Shown: in pieces, positions 37,465-46,101 of the stretch | Layout of the letters: each line of letters starts with the position of its first letter | Numbering within the stretch: the first letter of the stretch is position 1 | From: Thermococci archaeon | Lineage (GTDB): Archaea > Hadarchaeota > B88-G9 | Assembly: GCA_003660555.1 (NCBI GenBank) | Contig: QMUK01000001.1 | Span: 1-55,630 of the forward strand | DNA: 55,630 nucleotides | Direction of reading: 5' to 3' | Notes under the pieces: model-generated | What the model was told of the DNA's origin: nothing | What the model saw: the letters and a program-made list of their open reading frames with translations, nothing else | Databases searched by the model: none | Program-made: the position numbers and the translations under genes

Positions 37465-39114
37465 ATGTCGTATCCGGAAGAGATGAGGAAATCTATAGAA
37501 AAAGTTGAAGAGACTAGGGATGAAAGATTAGGGCTTGAAATAAATAGAATGTCCCTAGAGGAGAGGGAAGAAATACTGAAGAAATTTCACCCTGATTATA
37601 GACCCGAAGCCAAGAGAGAAATAGGAATAGGACCAAATAAAGGAGACTTAGCGCCTAATGAGGTTGTCGACCTATTGGAGTCTTATCCCATAGTCGATCC
37701 AGAGGAAGTCGACCTGAGTCAAGTGGATTACGATGTTTCCCTCCTCATAATAGGAGGAGGAGGCGCTGGAACAGTCGCTGCATTGTGGGCCCATTACTCA
37801 GGATTGCCTGTAGAGGAGATACTGATCTCCACTAAACTAAGACATGGGGACTCCAATTCCATAATGGCACAAGGAGGGATACAAGCAGCAGACAAACCAG
37901 ATGACTCCCCAGTGCTACATTACTTAGATGTAATGGGCGGAGGACATTTCGCGAATAAACCAGAATTGGTGAGAGAATTAGTTCTGAACGCACCCTCAAT
38001 ACTCAAATGGCACGAGGATTTGGGAGTGATGTATGACAAGGACGAGGACGGAAACATGCTTACTCTCCCCGGTGGAGGTACTTGTAGGAATAGGTTACAC
38101 TCAGCCAAGGATTACACAGGTATGGAAATAATGAGGGTGATAAGAGATGAGGCTAGGAACTTGGGAATAGAGGTTTTGGAATTCTCTCCAGCAGTGGAAC
38201 TCCTGACTGACAATGGAAGAGTCACTGGAGCCTTGCTCTGGAATATGGAGACGAATCAGTATTACGTTATAAGGGCTAAGGCAGTGATCTTGGCAACCGG
38301 AGGCTTCGGTAGGCTTCACATACAGGGTTACCCAACTACCAATCATTATGGAGCCACAGCTGATGGATTGGTCATGGCGTATAGAGTAGGAGCTAGACTA
38401 AGGGACATGGACTCAGTGCAGTATCACCCAACCGGAGCAGCTTATCCTGAGCAGATAGTAGGTTTACTCGTCACTGAAAAGGTCAGGGGATTGGGAGCTC
38501 AGCCAGTTAACAGAGAGGGAGAAGCTTTTGTCCATCCATTGGAGCCTAGAGATGTAGAAGCTGCCGCTATTATAAGGGAGTGCTATGAGAGAAGACTAGG
38601 AATTGAAACACCCACTGGGATGGTAGGAGTCTGGTTGGACACACCGATGATTGAGGAAATTCACGGAAAGGGAACTATAGAGAGTAAGCTATCGGCCATG
38701 TACAGAATGTACTCTAGGTTCGGTATAGACATGACCCAGGATCCAATTCTGGTCTTTCCGACTCTTCATTACCAGAATGGTGGTGTGGAGATAGACGAGA
38801 AGGCCAGAGTTCTCGGAGAAAGTGGGGTTATAGACGGCTTATTCGCTGCTGGTGAAGTCACTGGTGGAGTACACGGTAAAAACAGACTAATGGGAAATTC
38901 ATTGTTAGATTATAACGTCTTTGGAAAAATAGCAGGCGAATCAGCAGCTAAGTACTGTAAGTCCAATGGAAAGGGTAGATTGACACTAGACCACGTTATT
39001 AGATACATGGAGGCCCTGAAGAAAATGGGAGTGCCAGAAAATAGAAAGTCTCCGCTCATACTTCCGGATTACAGGGGAAAGAAGGTACTAATGAGGACAT
39101 TAGATCTGTTCTAG
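37465..39114 (+). CDS. Succinate dehydrogenase/fumarate reductase-type flavoprotein (FrdA/TfrA/aspartate-oxidase superfamily) with N-terminal extension
   Basis: FAD fold LLIIGGGGAGTVAAL. YHPTG. LFAAGEVTGGVHGKNRLMGNSLLD. About 90 aa of extra N-terminal sequence. Confidence 0.8.
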   Translation: MSYPEEMRKSIEKVEETRDERLGLEINRMSLEEREEILKKFHPDYRPEAKREIGIGPNKGDLAPNEVVDLLESYPIVDPEEVDLSQVDYDVSLLIIGGGGAGTVAALWAHYSGLPVEEILISTKLRHGDSNSIMAQGGIQAADKPDDSPVLHYLDVMGGGHFANKPELVRELVLNAPSILKWHEDLGVMYDKDEDGNMLTLPGGGTCRNRLHSAKDYTGMEIMRVIRDEARNLGIEVLEFSPAVELLTDNGRVTGALLWNMETNQYYVIRAKAVILATGGFGRLHIQGYPTTNHYGATADGLVMAYRVGARLRDMDSVQYHPTGAAYPEQIVGLLVTEKVRGLGAQPVNREGEAFVHPLEPRDVEAAAIIRECYERRLGIETPTGMVGVWLDTPMIEEIHGKGTIESKLSAMYRMYSRFGIDMTQDPILVFPTLHYQNGGVEIDEKARVLGESGVIDGLFAAGEVTGGVHGKNRLMGNSLLDYNVFGKIAGESAAKYCKSNGKGRLTLDHVIRYMEALKKMGVPENRKSPLILPDYRGKKVLMRTLDLF

Positions 39115-40419
39115 CTTCGGAGGAGGACCAACTCCAATCCAGAGTCCCCTATTGAGGAATGAGACTTCCTCCTCGCTCAGTTTACCGTCTTTCTCTCTTC
39201 CTTCTCTGATAAGAGGTTTAGATATGTGCCTCCTAGCTCTAGGAGGTACCTCATACTTGCCCTCTGAAATCTTCCTAGGTATCTCTACTCGTATCTTTTC
39301 TCCCTCGAACTTCACATTACACTTCTTGCAGACATATCCCTTCCTGAAACCTAAGGACTTTCCCCTTCTACCACATTTCGGACAAGGAGGATTCAACTCA
39401 ATGATTTCTCTTTTTAGCTTTAGTATTTCTATTTTCTCAAGATTTAGTGCCTTTCCATCGAGCCTAATGCATCCATAAGCTCTTACAATGTCACCTTCTC
39501 TCAGAGACAGTATCACATCTCTGAAACCACCAGTCGGCTCGTATGCTGCACACGGAATTCCAGATATCCTCGTTATTACGTGTCCACCTGCTATTTTTCT
39601 CCCCCTCTCTTCCACCTCTCCTCGGATCTCAATGCAATCTCCAGGTTTGTACTTCTCTCTGATGGATATGTGGTCATCCGTTCCTTGGTTAGTTCTGTAT
39701 ATGGTCCATCTCTCTATCTCCTCGTAGACCTTGATCATAGAGGCAGCTTCTAGCACCGTCCAAGGGTATTCCCCCCTTATTCCAAATAACACTGGGTCTT
39801 TCCCCCTTGGACATATTAGGATCCTTCCGGTCTCTGGATCTAGGTTGTCGAATGTATCTGGATAGGTCTTATAGTCCATTTCAATTACACTGCTTTGGTC
39901 TAAGAGTCTTTCTCTTCTATTTCTCATCTTCTCGGTCCGATAACTAAGAAATTCGTATGTGTAGTCTTTGAGTCTATACAGTGCAGAGGCTGCAGCCCCT
40001 ATAACACCGAGGCCGCCAGCAGTTTCAACTCCCTCCATCTCCTCTATCTGATTCAGTGCATCGCTTGGTTCCAACACTCTAGAGACTGCATTTCTTACGA
40101 TTTCATGGTTTATCAATCTGTCAGTTGAGCAGAAGAAGACACCCCACTCTCTACTTTCACTCAGGTCTTCTACTGTGTCTAACACTAGCCTTTTCACAGC
40201 CGAGTAATCCTTCACCAACAGATGAAATGAGATTGCTCCATTCCCTCTAGTCTTGTATGGAACACTTGGATTGAGCCTGATGAGTCTCGGATAGTCTAGG
40301 AACTTAACACTCCCCATCCTGATAAGCTTGTTTGCCAAGACGGACCCGAGATACGTAGTACACATTCCCTTCCTAGAGTCGGTGTCGTCTATACCTACCC
40401 TGATTTCCTCCCAACTCAA
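39100..40419 (-). CDS. tiaS: tRNA(Ile2) 2-agmatinylcytidine synthetase TiaS
   Basis: N-terminal VGIDDTDSRKGMCTTYLG signature. OB-fold region. C-terminal CPKCGRR...CKKC zinc ribbon. 439 aa. Confidence 0.85.
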   Translation of the reverse strand: MSWEEIRVGIDDTDSRKGMCTTYLGSVLANKLIRMGSVKFLDYPRLIRLNPSVPYKTRGNGAISFHLLVKDYSAVKRLVLDTVEDLSESREWGVFFCSTDRLINHEIVRNAVSRVLEPSDALNQIEEMEGVETAGGLGVIGAAASALYRLKDYTYEFLSYRTEKMRNRRERLLDQSSVIEMDYKTYPDTFDNLDPETGRILICPRGKDPVLFGIRGEYPWTVLEAASMIKVYEEIERWTIYRTNQGTDDHISIREKYKPGDCIEIRGEVEERGRKIAGGHVITRISGIPCAAYEPTGGFRDVILSLREGDIVRAYGCIRLDGKALNLEKIEILKLKREIIELNPPCPKCGRRGKSLGFRKGYVCKKCNVKFEGEKIRVEIPRKISEGKYEVPPRARRHISKPLIREGREKDGKLSEEEVSFLNRGLWIGVGPPPKLEQI

Positions 40420-40628
40420 ACCCTTTTCTCCCAGAGTTCCTTCTTTAGTAGGTCTCTAATGGCATACCTTATTGCTTCACTTCTATTTGGGTAAAAACCC
40501 TTCTGAACTAAATTTTCTAGCCCTTTGACATAAGCCTCTGGGAGCTGCACGGAAATGAGTTTCATTCTCCTAACTTCTTCCTCAGATATTTCCTTCCCAA
40601 CAACTCTCTGCTTTTGGGTAGTGACCAT
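40416..40628 (-). CDS. Ribbon-helix-helix (CopG/NikR-N-like) protein
   Basis: LISVQLPEAYVKGLENLVQKGFYPNRSEAIRYAIRDLL. 4-nt overlap with the tiaS start. ATG at 40628 preferred (purine-rich SD, TATA-like AATATAAATAC at about 40679-40689). Confidence 0.7.
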   Translation of the reverse strand: MVTTQKQRVVGKEISEEEVRRMKLISVQLPEAYVKGLENLVQKGFYPNRSEAIRYAIRDLLKKELWEKRV

Positions 40629-40719
40629 AGCCCGAACCCCCTTCTTATTACCCTCCGACCTCACATATGTAACTCAAGTAATATAAATACTTTAGGGACG
40701 TCTTATCACAGGAATACAC

Positions 40720-41526
40720 TCATCGCTCTAGTTCGTAATCCTCGAGTTCTATCACGACAGATGACCCTGCCCTAGAGTATGTATACTTCACTAGGAACCT
40801 AGGCCTTTCCTTTCTCAGATATATCTTCCCCATCCCACCAATGTATGAATTCCTGACGGAGAATACTAGGCATGTAAAGTTTCCTGCTGGAACTGAGACC
40901 ATTTCCTCTCCAATTAAGTCTATTTTAAGAAATCCTCCCTGAGGCATACCTGGCTCTAGACTATCTATCTTGAAGGAGGTGATGTTAAGCTTGCCTAGGC
41001 TTAGTAGGAGAGAGTAAGTATCTGTTACTGGAACCGAGGTGTTTACCACAATTCCTCTCTCTTTCCCATCGTATAACATCTTTATCCTGTTTAATCCGGC
41101 CTTTTGATCATATATTACTTCTACCTCCATTTCCTTTCCAGACTTCTTTTTTGGATGAAGTGTCACGTATCTAGGCAGCCCATTCTCGTATAAATATCTA
41201 ATTTGGGTGAACTCTTCACTGTCTACGTGTATCACTTTAGTGACTTTGATCAAATTCTCTCCTTTGTACTTCTCCACACCTGAGATCGATATCTCTTCCC
41301 ATCCAGATCTCTCTCTGCCACTTACTCTGTATCTCGCCTTAAATCCACCTTTAATCTCCATAGGAACGTCTAAAAATTCTCTTATATAGGCCGGCATCTC
41401 TGAGGTGACGTTTATCTCAGGAGGAAGTATTGCTCCCTCCCCTACCCTCTCCTCTCTCTCCTCGATGCAACTCACTAAGAGTGATGCAACAATAACAAAT
41501 ATCAGGAGAGGAGAGAGGCGAGACAT
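40720..41526 (-). CDS. Hypothetical secreted protein with lipobox-like signal peptide
   Basis: MSRLSPLLIFVIVASLLVSCIEE (L-V-S-C). The rest is beta-rich with no recognised domain. The ORF-track extension to 41634 overlaps the upstream gene. Confidence 0.5.
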   Translation of the reverse strand: MSRLSPLLIFVIVASLLVSCIEEREERVGEGAILPPEINVTSEMPAYIREFLDVPMEIKGGFKARYRVSGRERSGWEEISISGVEKYKGENLIKVTKVIHVDSEEFTQIRYLYENGLPRYVTLHPKKKSGKEMEVEVIYDQKAGLNRIKMLYDGKERGIVVNTSVPVTDTYSLLLSLGKLNITSFKIDSLEPGMPQGGFLKIDLIGEEMVSVPAGNFTCLVFSVRNSYIGGMGKIYLRKERPRFLVKYTYSRAGSSVVIELEDYELER

Positions 41527-41537
41527 CTCTCTAACCC

Positions 41538-42506
41538 TCAGTAGAACATTCTGGACAGGACATAGTCCTTGAATTTCTCTACTATTTCTTTGTTTAGACC
41601 TCTCTTCTTGGACAATTTCCACAACTTTTCGCAATCCTCTAGACTCAAGCTCTCACTCAGAGCGACATATCTGTCTTCATCAGTAGTCATGGGTTTCACT
41701 CCGAAGACCTCGAACACTATTTCCATCTCTCCCTTTGGTATGTCCTTCAGGTATACTAACTTCTTCTCTTCCTCGGTTAGTTCCTCCTTTTTCTCCTTTA
41801 ATTCTTTTATCCTCTCTTTTGTTAGCTCCGTAACTCTCTCTTCCTTCACCTCTTCCTTTACTTCTGCTTTGGCCTCCTCTACAGCAGCAACTTCTCTCTC
41901 TATGACTTTGGGCTTTTCTTTTATTTCCGGAATTGTTATTTCTTCGAATTTAACAAGTTTGAATTTCTCAGCATTCTCTGCTCTAGATAAAGCTGTCTCT
42001 CCCCATTCTCTCTCTTTGTTTGAGTAGACGGCAGCTAGCACGTCACCTTCGGAGAAGAAGATAAGTCCCCTCCCATCCTTGCTAAGGAAGTATAGAAATC
42101 CGTTGTACTTCTTCTCAGTTAAGTCCTTCAGGAATTCCTTCACCTTCAAGTACCTAGTCTCGAGCTCTATGGGGGCCTTAAGCTCTTCTATGAAGGGAAG
42201 AAGGGACTCGATTATCTCCTCCTGGTCTAGCTTGAATATGTCCATCTTTCCATTCTCTGAAGATACTCTCTCAATCAACTCCTTGGCCACTCCTCCTTCC
42301 TTACCTCTCTCACTAACGGTCATTATTGGTTTACCGTCCATGAACAGTACTTTATACTCCTCTTCTTTGTCGAATCGTAGACTCAAGTAACCACTGAATT
42401 CTTGAGCAGAGAGAAATGACAGCAATTTCTGGAAGTCTACATAGTAAGTGTCAACACCCTTAGTTAATAGCTCCCCTCCCTCCATACTCTCCATTCCTTC
42501 ACCCAT
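41538..42506 (-). CDS. Hypothetical protein with two PATAN/DUF4388-like repeats, acidic coiled-coil linker and small C-terminal domain
   Basis: FSGYLSLRFDKEEEYKVLFMDGKPI and YNGFLYFLSKDGRGLIFFSEGDVLAA resemble the G-x-L...dG-x-i pattern of PATAN domains. The assignment is tentative. Confidence 0.45.
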   Translation of the reverse strand: MGEGMESMEGGELLTKGVDTYYVDFQKLLSFLSAQEFSGYLSLRFDKEEEYKVLFMDGKPIMTVSERGKEGGVAKELIERVSSENGKMDIFKLDQEEIIESLLPFIEELKAPIELETRYLKVKEFLKDLTEKKYNGFLYFLSKDGRGLIFFSEGDVLAAVYSNKEREWGETALSRAENAEKFKLVKFEEITIPEIKEKPKVIEREVAAVEEAKAEVKEEVKEERVTELTKERIKELKEKKEELTEEEKKLVYLKDIPKGEMEIVFEVFGVKPMTTDEDRYVALSESLSLEDCEKLWKLSKKRGLNKEIVEKFKDYVLSRMFY

Positions 42507-42521
42507 AACTCTTTAATTCCC

Positions 42522-42535
42522 GTTTATATTTAAAC
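42522..42535 (-). promoter_or_regulatory. TATA-like box for a leaderless transcript starting at 42506
   Basis: Minus-strand GTTTAAATATAAAC is centred about 23 nt upstream of the ATG at 42506. Confidence 0.4.
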
Positions 42536-42545
42536 GTTTACGAAA

Positions 42546-43004
42546 CTACCACCTAGATCTTCGATCTCTTCTTCCGAATTCCCTGAATTTCCTCTTTGAG
42601 ACATCGTTCTCTGTATTTACTTCTTCTATGTCTCTGTCCTCAACAGGTTCTATGCTTCCGTACTTTCCAACGTTGAGTCTCATTGACCCTTGATGTAGAG
42701 TTGTATATCCGTTAGATATCTTGTATACTTTACCCAATTTCACCTCTTCTATCCGTTCGTCCCAGAGAGTCAGAAGTACAACCCCTGTTTCGTCTCCGAC
42801 AGTGAATTCTGCTAATTTATGTTTGCTCCCGTCTCTCCTAGATACAACATCTCTCTCGGCTATTTTCTCAATAGCCTTGACATATAGGTTCACGTTCCTA
42901 AAACCAGGCTTTAATTCATCTACGTACACGAACTTCTCCAACTCACACTCCTCCTGAAGAGAGAAGAGCTCCCAGAAAACAGGGCCTACCCTCTCTCTTC
43001 TCAT
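42546..43004 (-). CDS. ssb: Single-OB-fold ssDNA-binding protein (crenarchaeal SSB type)
   Basis: VNLYVKAIE...KHKLAEFTVGDETGVVLLTLWDERIEEVKLGKVYKISNGYTTLHQGSMRLNVGKYGSIEPV parallels Sulfolobus SSB. Charged C-terminal tail. TATA-like CATATAAAAAC (43020-43030) lies about 21 nt upstream of the ATG. Confidence 0.8.
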   Translation of the reverse strand: MRRERVGPVFWELFSLQEECELEKFVYVDELKPGFRNVNLYVKAIEKIAERDVVSRRDGSKHKLAEFTVGDETGVVLLTLWDERIEEVKLGKVYKISNGYTTLHQGSMRLNVGKYGSIEPVEDRDIEEVNTENDVSKRKFREFGRRDRRSRW

Positions 43005-43077
43005 GTATTTGGGACAGGAACATATAAAAACATTAGCTCTCTACACACTACGAACTGTTGAAAAGAAAGACGAATTG

Positions 43078-43689
43078 CTAGGTACAAAATCCAAATTGGA
43101 AGAAATCCATCAGTGTTTTTCTCTCTCTCAGAATATTACCGAGGACTTGAAAGTCTGTCTCTATTTCCTCTCTCAGTTCGGGATGATATAATGCTGCAGC
43201 TGGATGATATGTGGCCAAAAGCCAAACTTCTTTCCCCCATTTCCTTACTCTCCTAGGTTTGCCCCTCTCTCTGGATATTTTGGAGAAGTTCATTCCCATT
43301 TCATTGAATAAGAATCTAGCGGAATGTCTTCCAAGGCATAGTATTACCTCAGGTCTAACTTCATCCAATTGTCTAATTAAATAGGGAGAACACGCTTTTA
43401 TTTCTTCTTCTGTTGGATCTCTGTTCCTAGGAGGTCTGCACTTGAGTAAATTCGTTATGAATACGTCCTCTCTTCTCAGTCCCAGCTTTCTCTCTATTAA
43501 TTGGGTGAGGTATTTGCCAGCGCTCCCAACGAAAGGTCTACCTCTGAGGTCTTCCTCTCTTCCGGGAGCCTCCCCAACCAAGAACAACTTCGCCTTTGGG
43601 TTTCCCTCCCCCGGAACATAGTTCCTCTTTTCTTTCCATAAATCACATTTCTTGCAATTCCTTATCTCAGCCTCTATTTCTGAGAGCAT
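43078..43689 (-). CDS. udg: Uracil-DNA glycosylase, family 4
   Basis: CKKCDLW, GEAPGREED..GRPFVGSAG, TYHPAAALY. Confidence 0.9.
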   Translation of the reverse strand: MLSEIEAEIRNCKKCDLWKEKRNYVPGEGNPKAKLFLVGEAPGREEDLRGRPFVGSAGKYLTQLIERKLGLRREDVFITNLLKCRPPRNRDPTEEEIKACSPYLIRQLDEVRPEVILCLGRHSARFLFNEMGMNFSKISRERGKPRRVRKWGKEVWLLATYHPAAALYHPELREEIETDFQVLGNILRERKTLMDFFQFGFCT

Positions 43690-43693
43690 GAAT

Positions 43694-44518
43694 TCACCCC
43701 AGTTCGAGCAATTCAGATGCGTTCTCCCAAAACAACCTGTTATAAGTTTCTTCTTTCAGATTCATGTCTAATAGTTCTTTTACTGCAATTTCGTGCTTGA
43801 TGAGTGGATAATCGGTTCCAAAAAGAGCTTTGTCAACTAGGATGCTATCCATTAGTCTTATCACTTTCTTTGGGATGTACTTTGGTCTCCATCCAGCTAT
43901 ATTGAAGTAAACATTGTCATGTCTCCTGACTATCGATAAAGCCTCCTCGTACCAAGGATATCCGAAATGAGCCATTATTATTTTTAAATTTGGAAAATCT
44001 ACAGCTACATCATCCAGATATATCGGCCTGCAGTACTTCAGCCTACTCCCTACATGGAACTGAGTTCCAGTGTGGAACAGTATTGGAATCCCAAGCTCTT
44101 GAGCCTTCTCGTATATTGGATACATTTCCTCGGAGTTAGGTTTTACTTCGTGTAAATGCGGCACTAATTTAATTCCTCTGAACCCATCTCTGTGTAATTT
44201 CTCTATTTCTCGCACTGCACTCTCTTTTTTTCTCGGATCTATTCCCATAAACCCAATTACTTTCCCTTCACCCCTTCTCATAGCCTTTAGGACTTCTTCG
44301 TTCGGTATTTTGTAATTGAATGTTGTCTCAGCATCTATTCCTACAATTACTATTCTATCGATTCCTACATCTTCCATTTCCATGAACAATTCATCTAGGC
44401 TGTAAGACAGTTTTCTTTTGAACACCTCTTCATATTTGGAGTGTATTTCCTGAGGTAGATTTGAGACCACCTCTTCTGTCCAGAGTTGGGCATGCGTATC
44501 TATTATCTTCCAAGACAT
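43694..44518 (-). CDS. Amidohydrolase-family metal-dependent hydrolase (TIM barrel, COG2159-like)
   Basis: N-terminal IIDTHAQLW, later HFGYPW and GTDYP. A TATA-like element at about 44541-44552 lies 28 nt upstream of the ATG. Confidence 0.75.
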   Translation of the reverse strand: MSWKIIDTHAQLWTEEVVSNLPQEIHSKYEEVFKRKLSYSLDELFMEMEDVGIDRIVIVGIDAETTFNYKIPNEEVLKAMRRGEGKVIGFMGIDPRKKESAVREIEKLHRDGFRGIKLVPHLHEVKPNSEEMYPIYEKAQELGIPILFHTGTQFHVGSRLKYCRPIYLDDVAVDFPNLKIIMAHFGYPWYEEALSIVRRHDNVYFNIAGWRPKYIPKKVIRLMDSILVDKALFGTDYPLIKHEIAVKELLDMNLKEETYNRLFWENASELLELG

Positions 44519-44581
44519 GGGATGGTATCTGCAAGTGATAACTTTAATAGTTTTTCACCTGGAGGCTCTCACGGGAGATGG

Positions 44582-44734
44582 TTGAGAGCAATAGAGGGGC
44601 TGATAATTGTATCTCTAATGTCTGTCCCGTTCATTGTTAGAATGAAGGGGATAGGAACTTATTTCTACTGGGTAGGACTCGCACTGCTTTACCTGCTCTA
44701 TTCGTACCTAGAAGTGAGGAGGTGGGAGGACTGA
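44582..44734 (+). CDS. Small membrane protein preceding the solute symporter (possible accessory subunit)
   Basis: Two hydrophobic stretches (AIEGLIIVSLMSVPFIV; YFYWVGLALLYLLYSYL). Overlaps the symporter start. Start codon uncertain (TTG at 44582 or ATG at 44618). Confidence 0.3.
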   Translation: MRAIEGLIIVSLMSVPFIVRMKGIGTYFYWVGLALLYLLYSYLEVRRWED

Positions 44735-46095
44735 ATAGTCTTTATTTGGCTATATTACTAATTTATTTCTTCATTGGAACAATTATAGTAGTGTATTCAA
44801 TGAGAGCTAGAACAAGAGACCAAGAGGACTACTTCTTGGCGAGGAGGAGACTTGGAGGCTTGGTCTCCTCCTTGACGTACGCAGCTACTACCTATTCCGC
44901 CTTCATGATGATAGGGCTCGTTGGCTTAACATATTCCACAGGAGTAGGTGCTCTCGGATTTGAACTTCTCTATTTAGTCGGAACTCTATTCCTGCTTAGA
45001 TATTACGCTCCAAGAATATGGGAACTTTCAAGGAAAGAGAAAATAGTCAGTCCCTCTGAGTTAATATCCCTAAAACACGGAAGAAACTCTGGAAGACTCT
45101 CTGCAGTAATATCTCTCTTTGCTCTAATACCTTATACATCAGTTCAATTGATAGGAGTTGCCCTACTCTTAAACAGATTTGGAGTTCCGTTCCACACCGG
45201 AATTATTCTGACAGGTTTCATAGTAGCTCTTTGGGGACTTTTAGGTGGAATGAGAGGAATAGCTTGGACAGATGCATTTCAAGGAGGAATTATGCTATTT
45301 TCAGCCCTAGCTTTAGTTTCTTGGGTTCACCTTCACCTAGGGGGCTCTTTGTTCATTGGTACTGAGGAGAAGATCCTAGAGGTTCCAAACGAATTCTGGA
45401 CTCCAGTTAAATTTATCTCGTTAGCTACCCCCTGGTTCTTTTTCTCCCTGACCAATCCCCAAGTTTTACAGAGGGTCTTCGTTCCGAAGAATAAGCTTGC
45501 CTTAGGTAGAATGATAGTTCTCTTCGGATCATTTGGTCTAGTTTACACAGTACTAGTCACCCTACTTGGATTAGAACTTAGGTTTCTGACAGAGAATGGA
45601 GTTTTCCCGAAAATACTAGATAGAGACTTAGTGACGCCCACTTTGCTGGGATTAGTCCCAGAGTGGTTACTCATAGCTGTTTCTCTTAGCATAGTGGCAG
45701 CAGCAATTACGACAGCGAATTCCATAGTTCTCACACTATCTTCCATGTTATCTAGGGACGTCCTGGGGGAGAAGAGAAGAGTAGTTGTTGGCAAAATGGG
45801 GATAGTTGGACTGACTATAATGGTAATGGCATTTGCCTCCAAAAGACCAGATTACATAGTAGAACTAGCGGTTTTGAGTTCTACGATACTCCTATGCCAA
45901 TTGCCATCTATTTTAGGAACAATTCACCTCAAGAAGACCGGAAAACACTCTTCAATTTTTTCCATGATTTCTGGATTTCTTACATCCACGTTAATGGCAA
46001 TTTATAGCCTAAATCCTCTCGGAATTCCGTATTCAGTTTGGACTCTCCTGATTTCCCTCTCTGTTTACTTACTCCTTCTTCGATTGGAGAGGTGA
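44722..46095 (+). CDS. Sodium:solute symporter (SSS) family transporter
   Basis: Multi-TM protein of 457 aa with SSS-like motifs (EDYFLARRRLGG, GIAWTDAFQGGIM). Confidence 0.85.
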   Translation: MGGLNSLYLAILLIYFFIGTIIVVYSMRARTRDQEDYFLARRRLGGLVSSLTYAATTYSAFMMIGLVGLTYSTGVGALGFELLYLVGTLFLLRYYAPRIWELSRKEKIVSPSELISLKHGRNSGRLSAVISLFALIPYTSVQLIGVALLLNRFGVPFHTGIILTGFIVALWGLLGGMRGIAWTDAFQGGIMLFSALALVSWVHLHLGGSLFIGTEEKILEVPNEFWTPVKFISLATPWFFFSLTNPQVLQRVFVPKNKLALGRMIVLFGSFGLVYTVLVTLLGLELRFLTENGVFPKILDRDLVTPTLLGLVPEWLLIAVSLSIVAAAITTANSIVLTLSSMLSRDVLGEKRRVVVGKMGIVGLTIMVMAFASKRPDYIVELAVLSSTILLCQLPSILGTIHLKKTGKHSSIFSMISGFLTSTLMAIYSLNPLGIPYSVWTLLISLSVYLLLLRLER

Positions 46096-46101
46096 TCAGA
46101 G

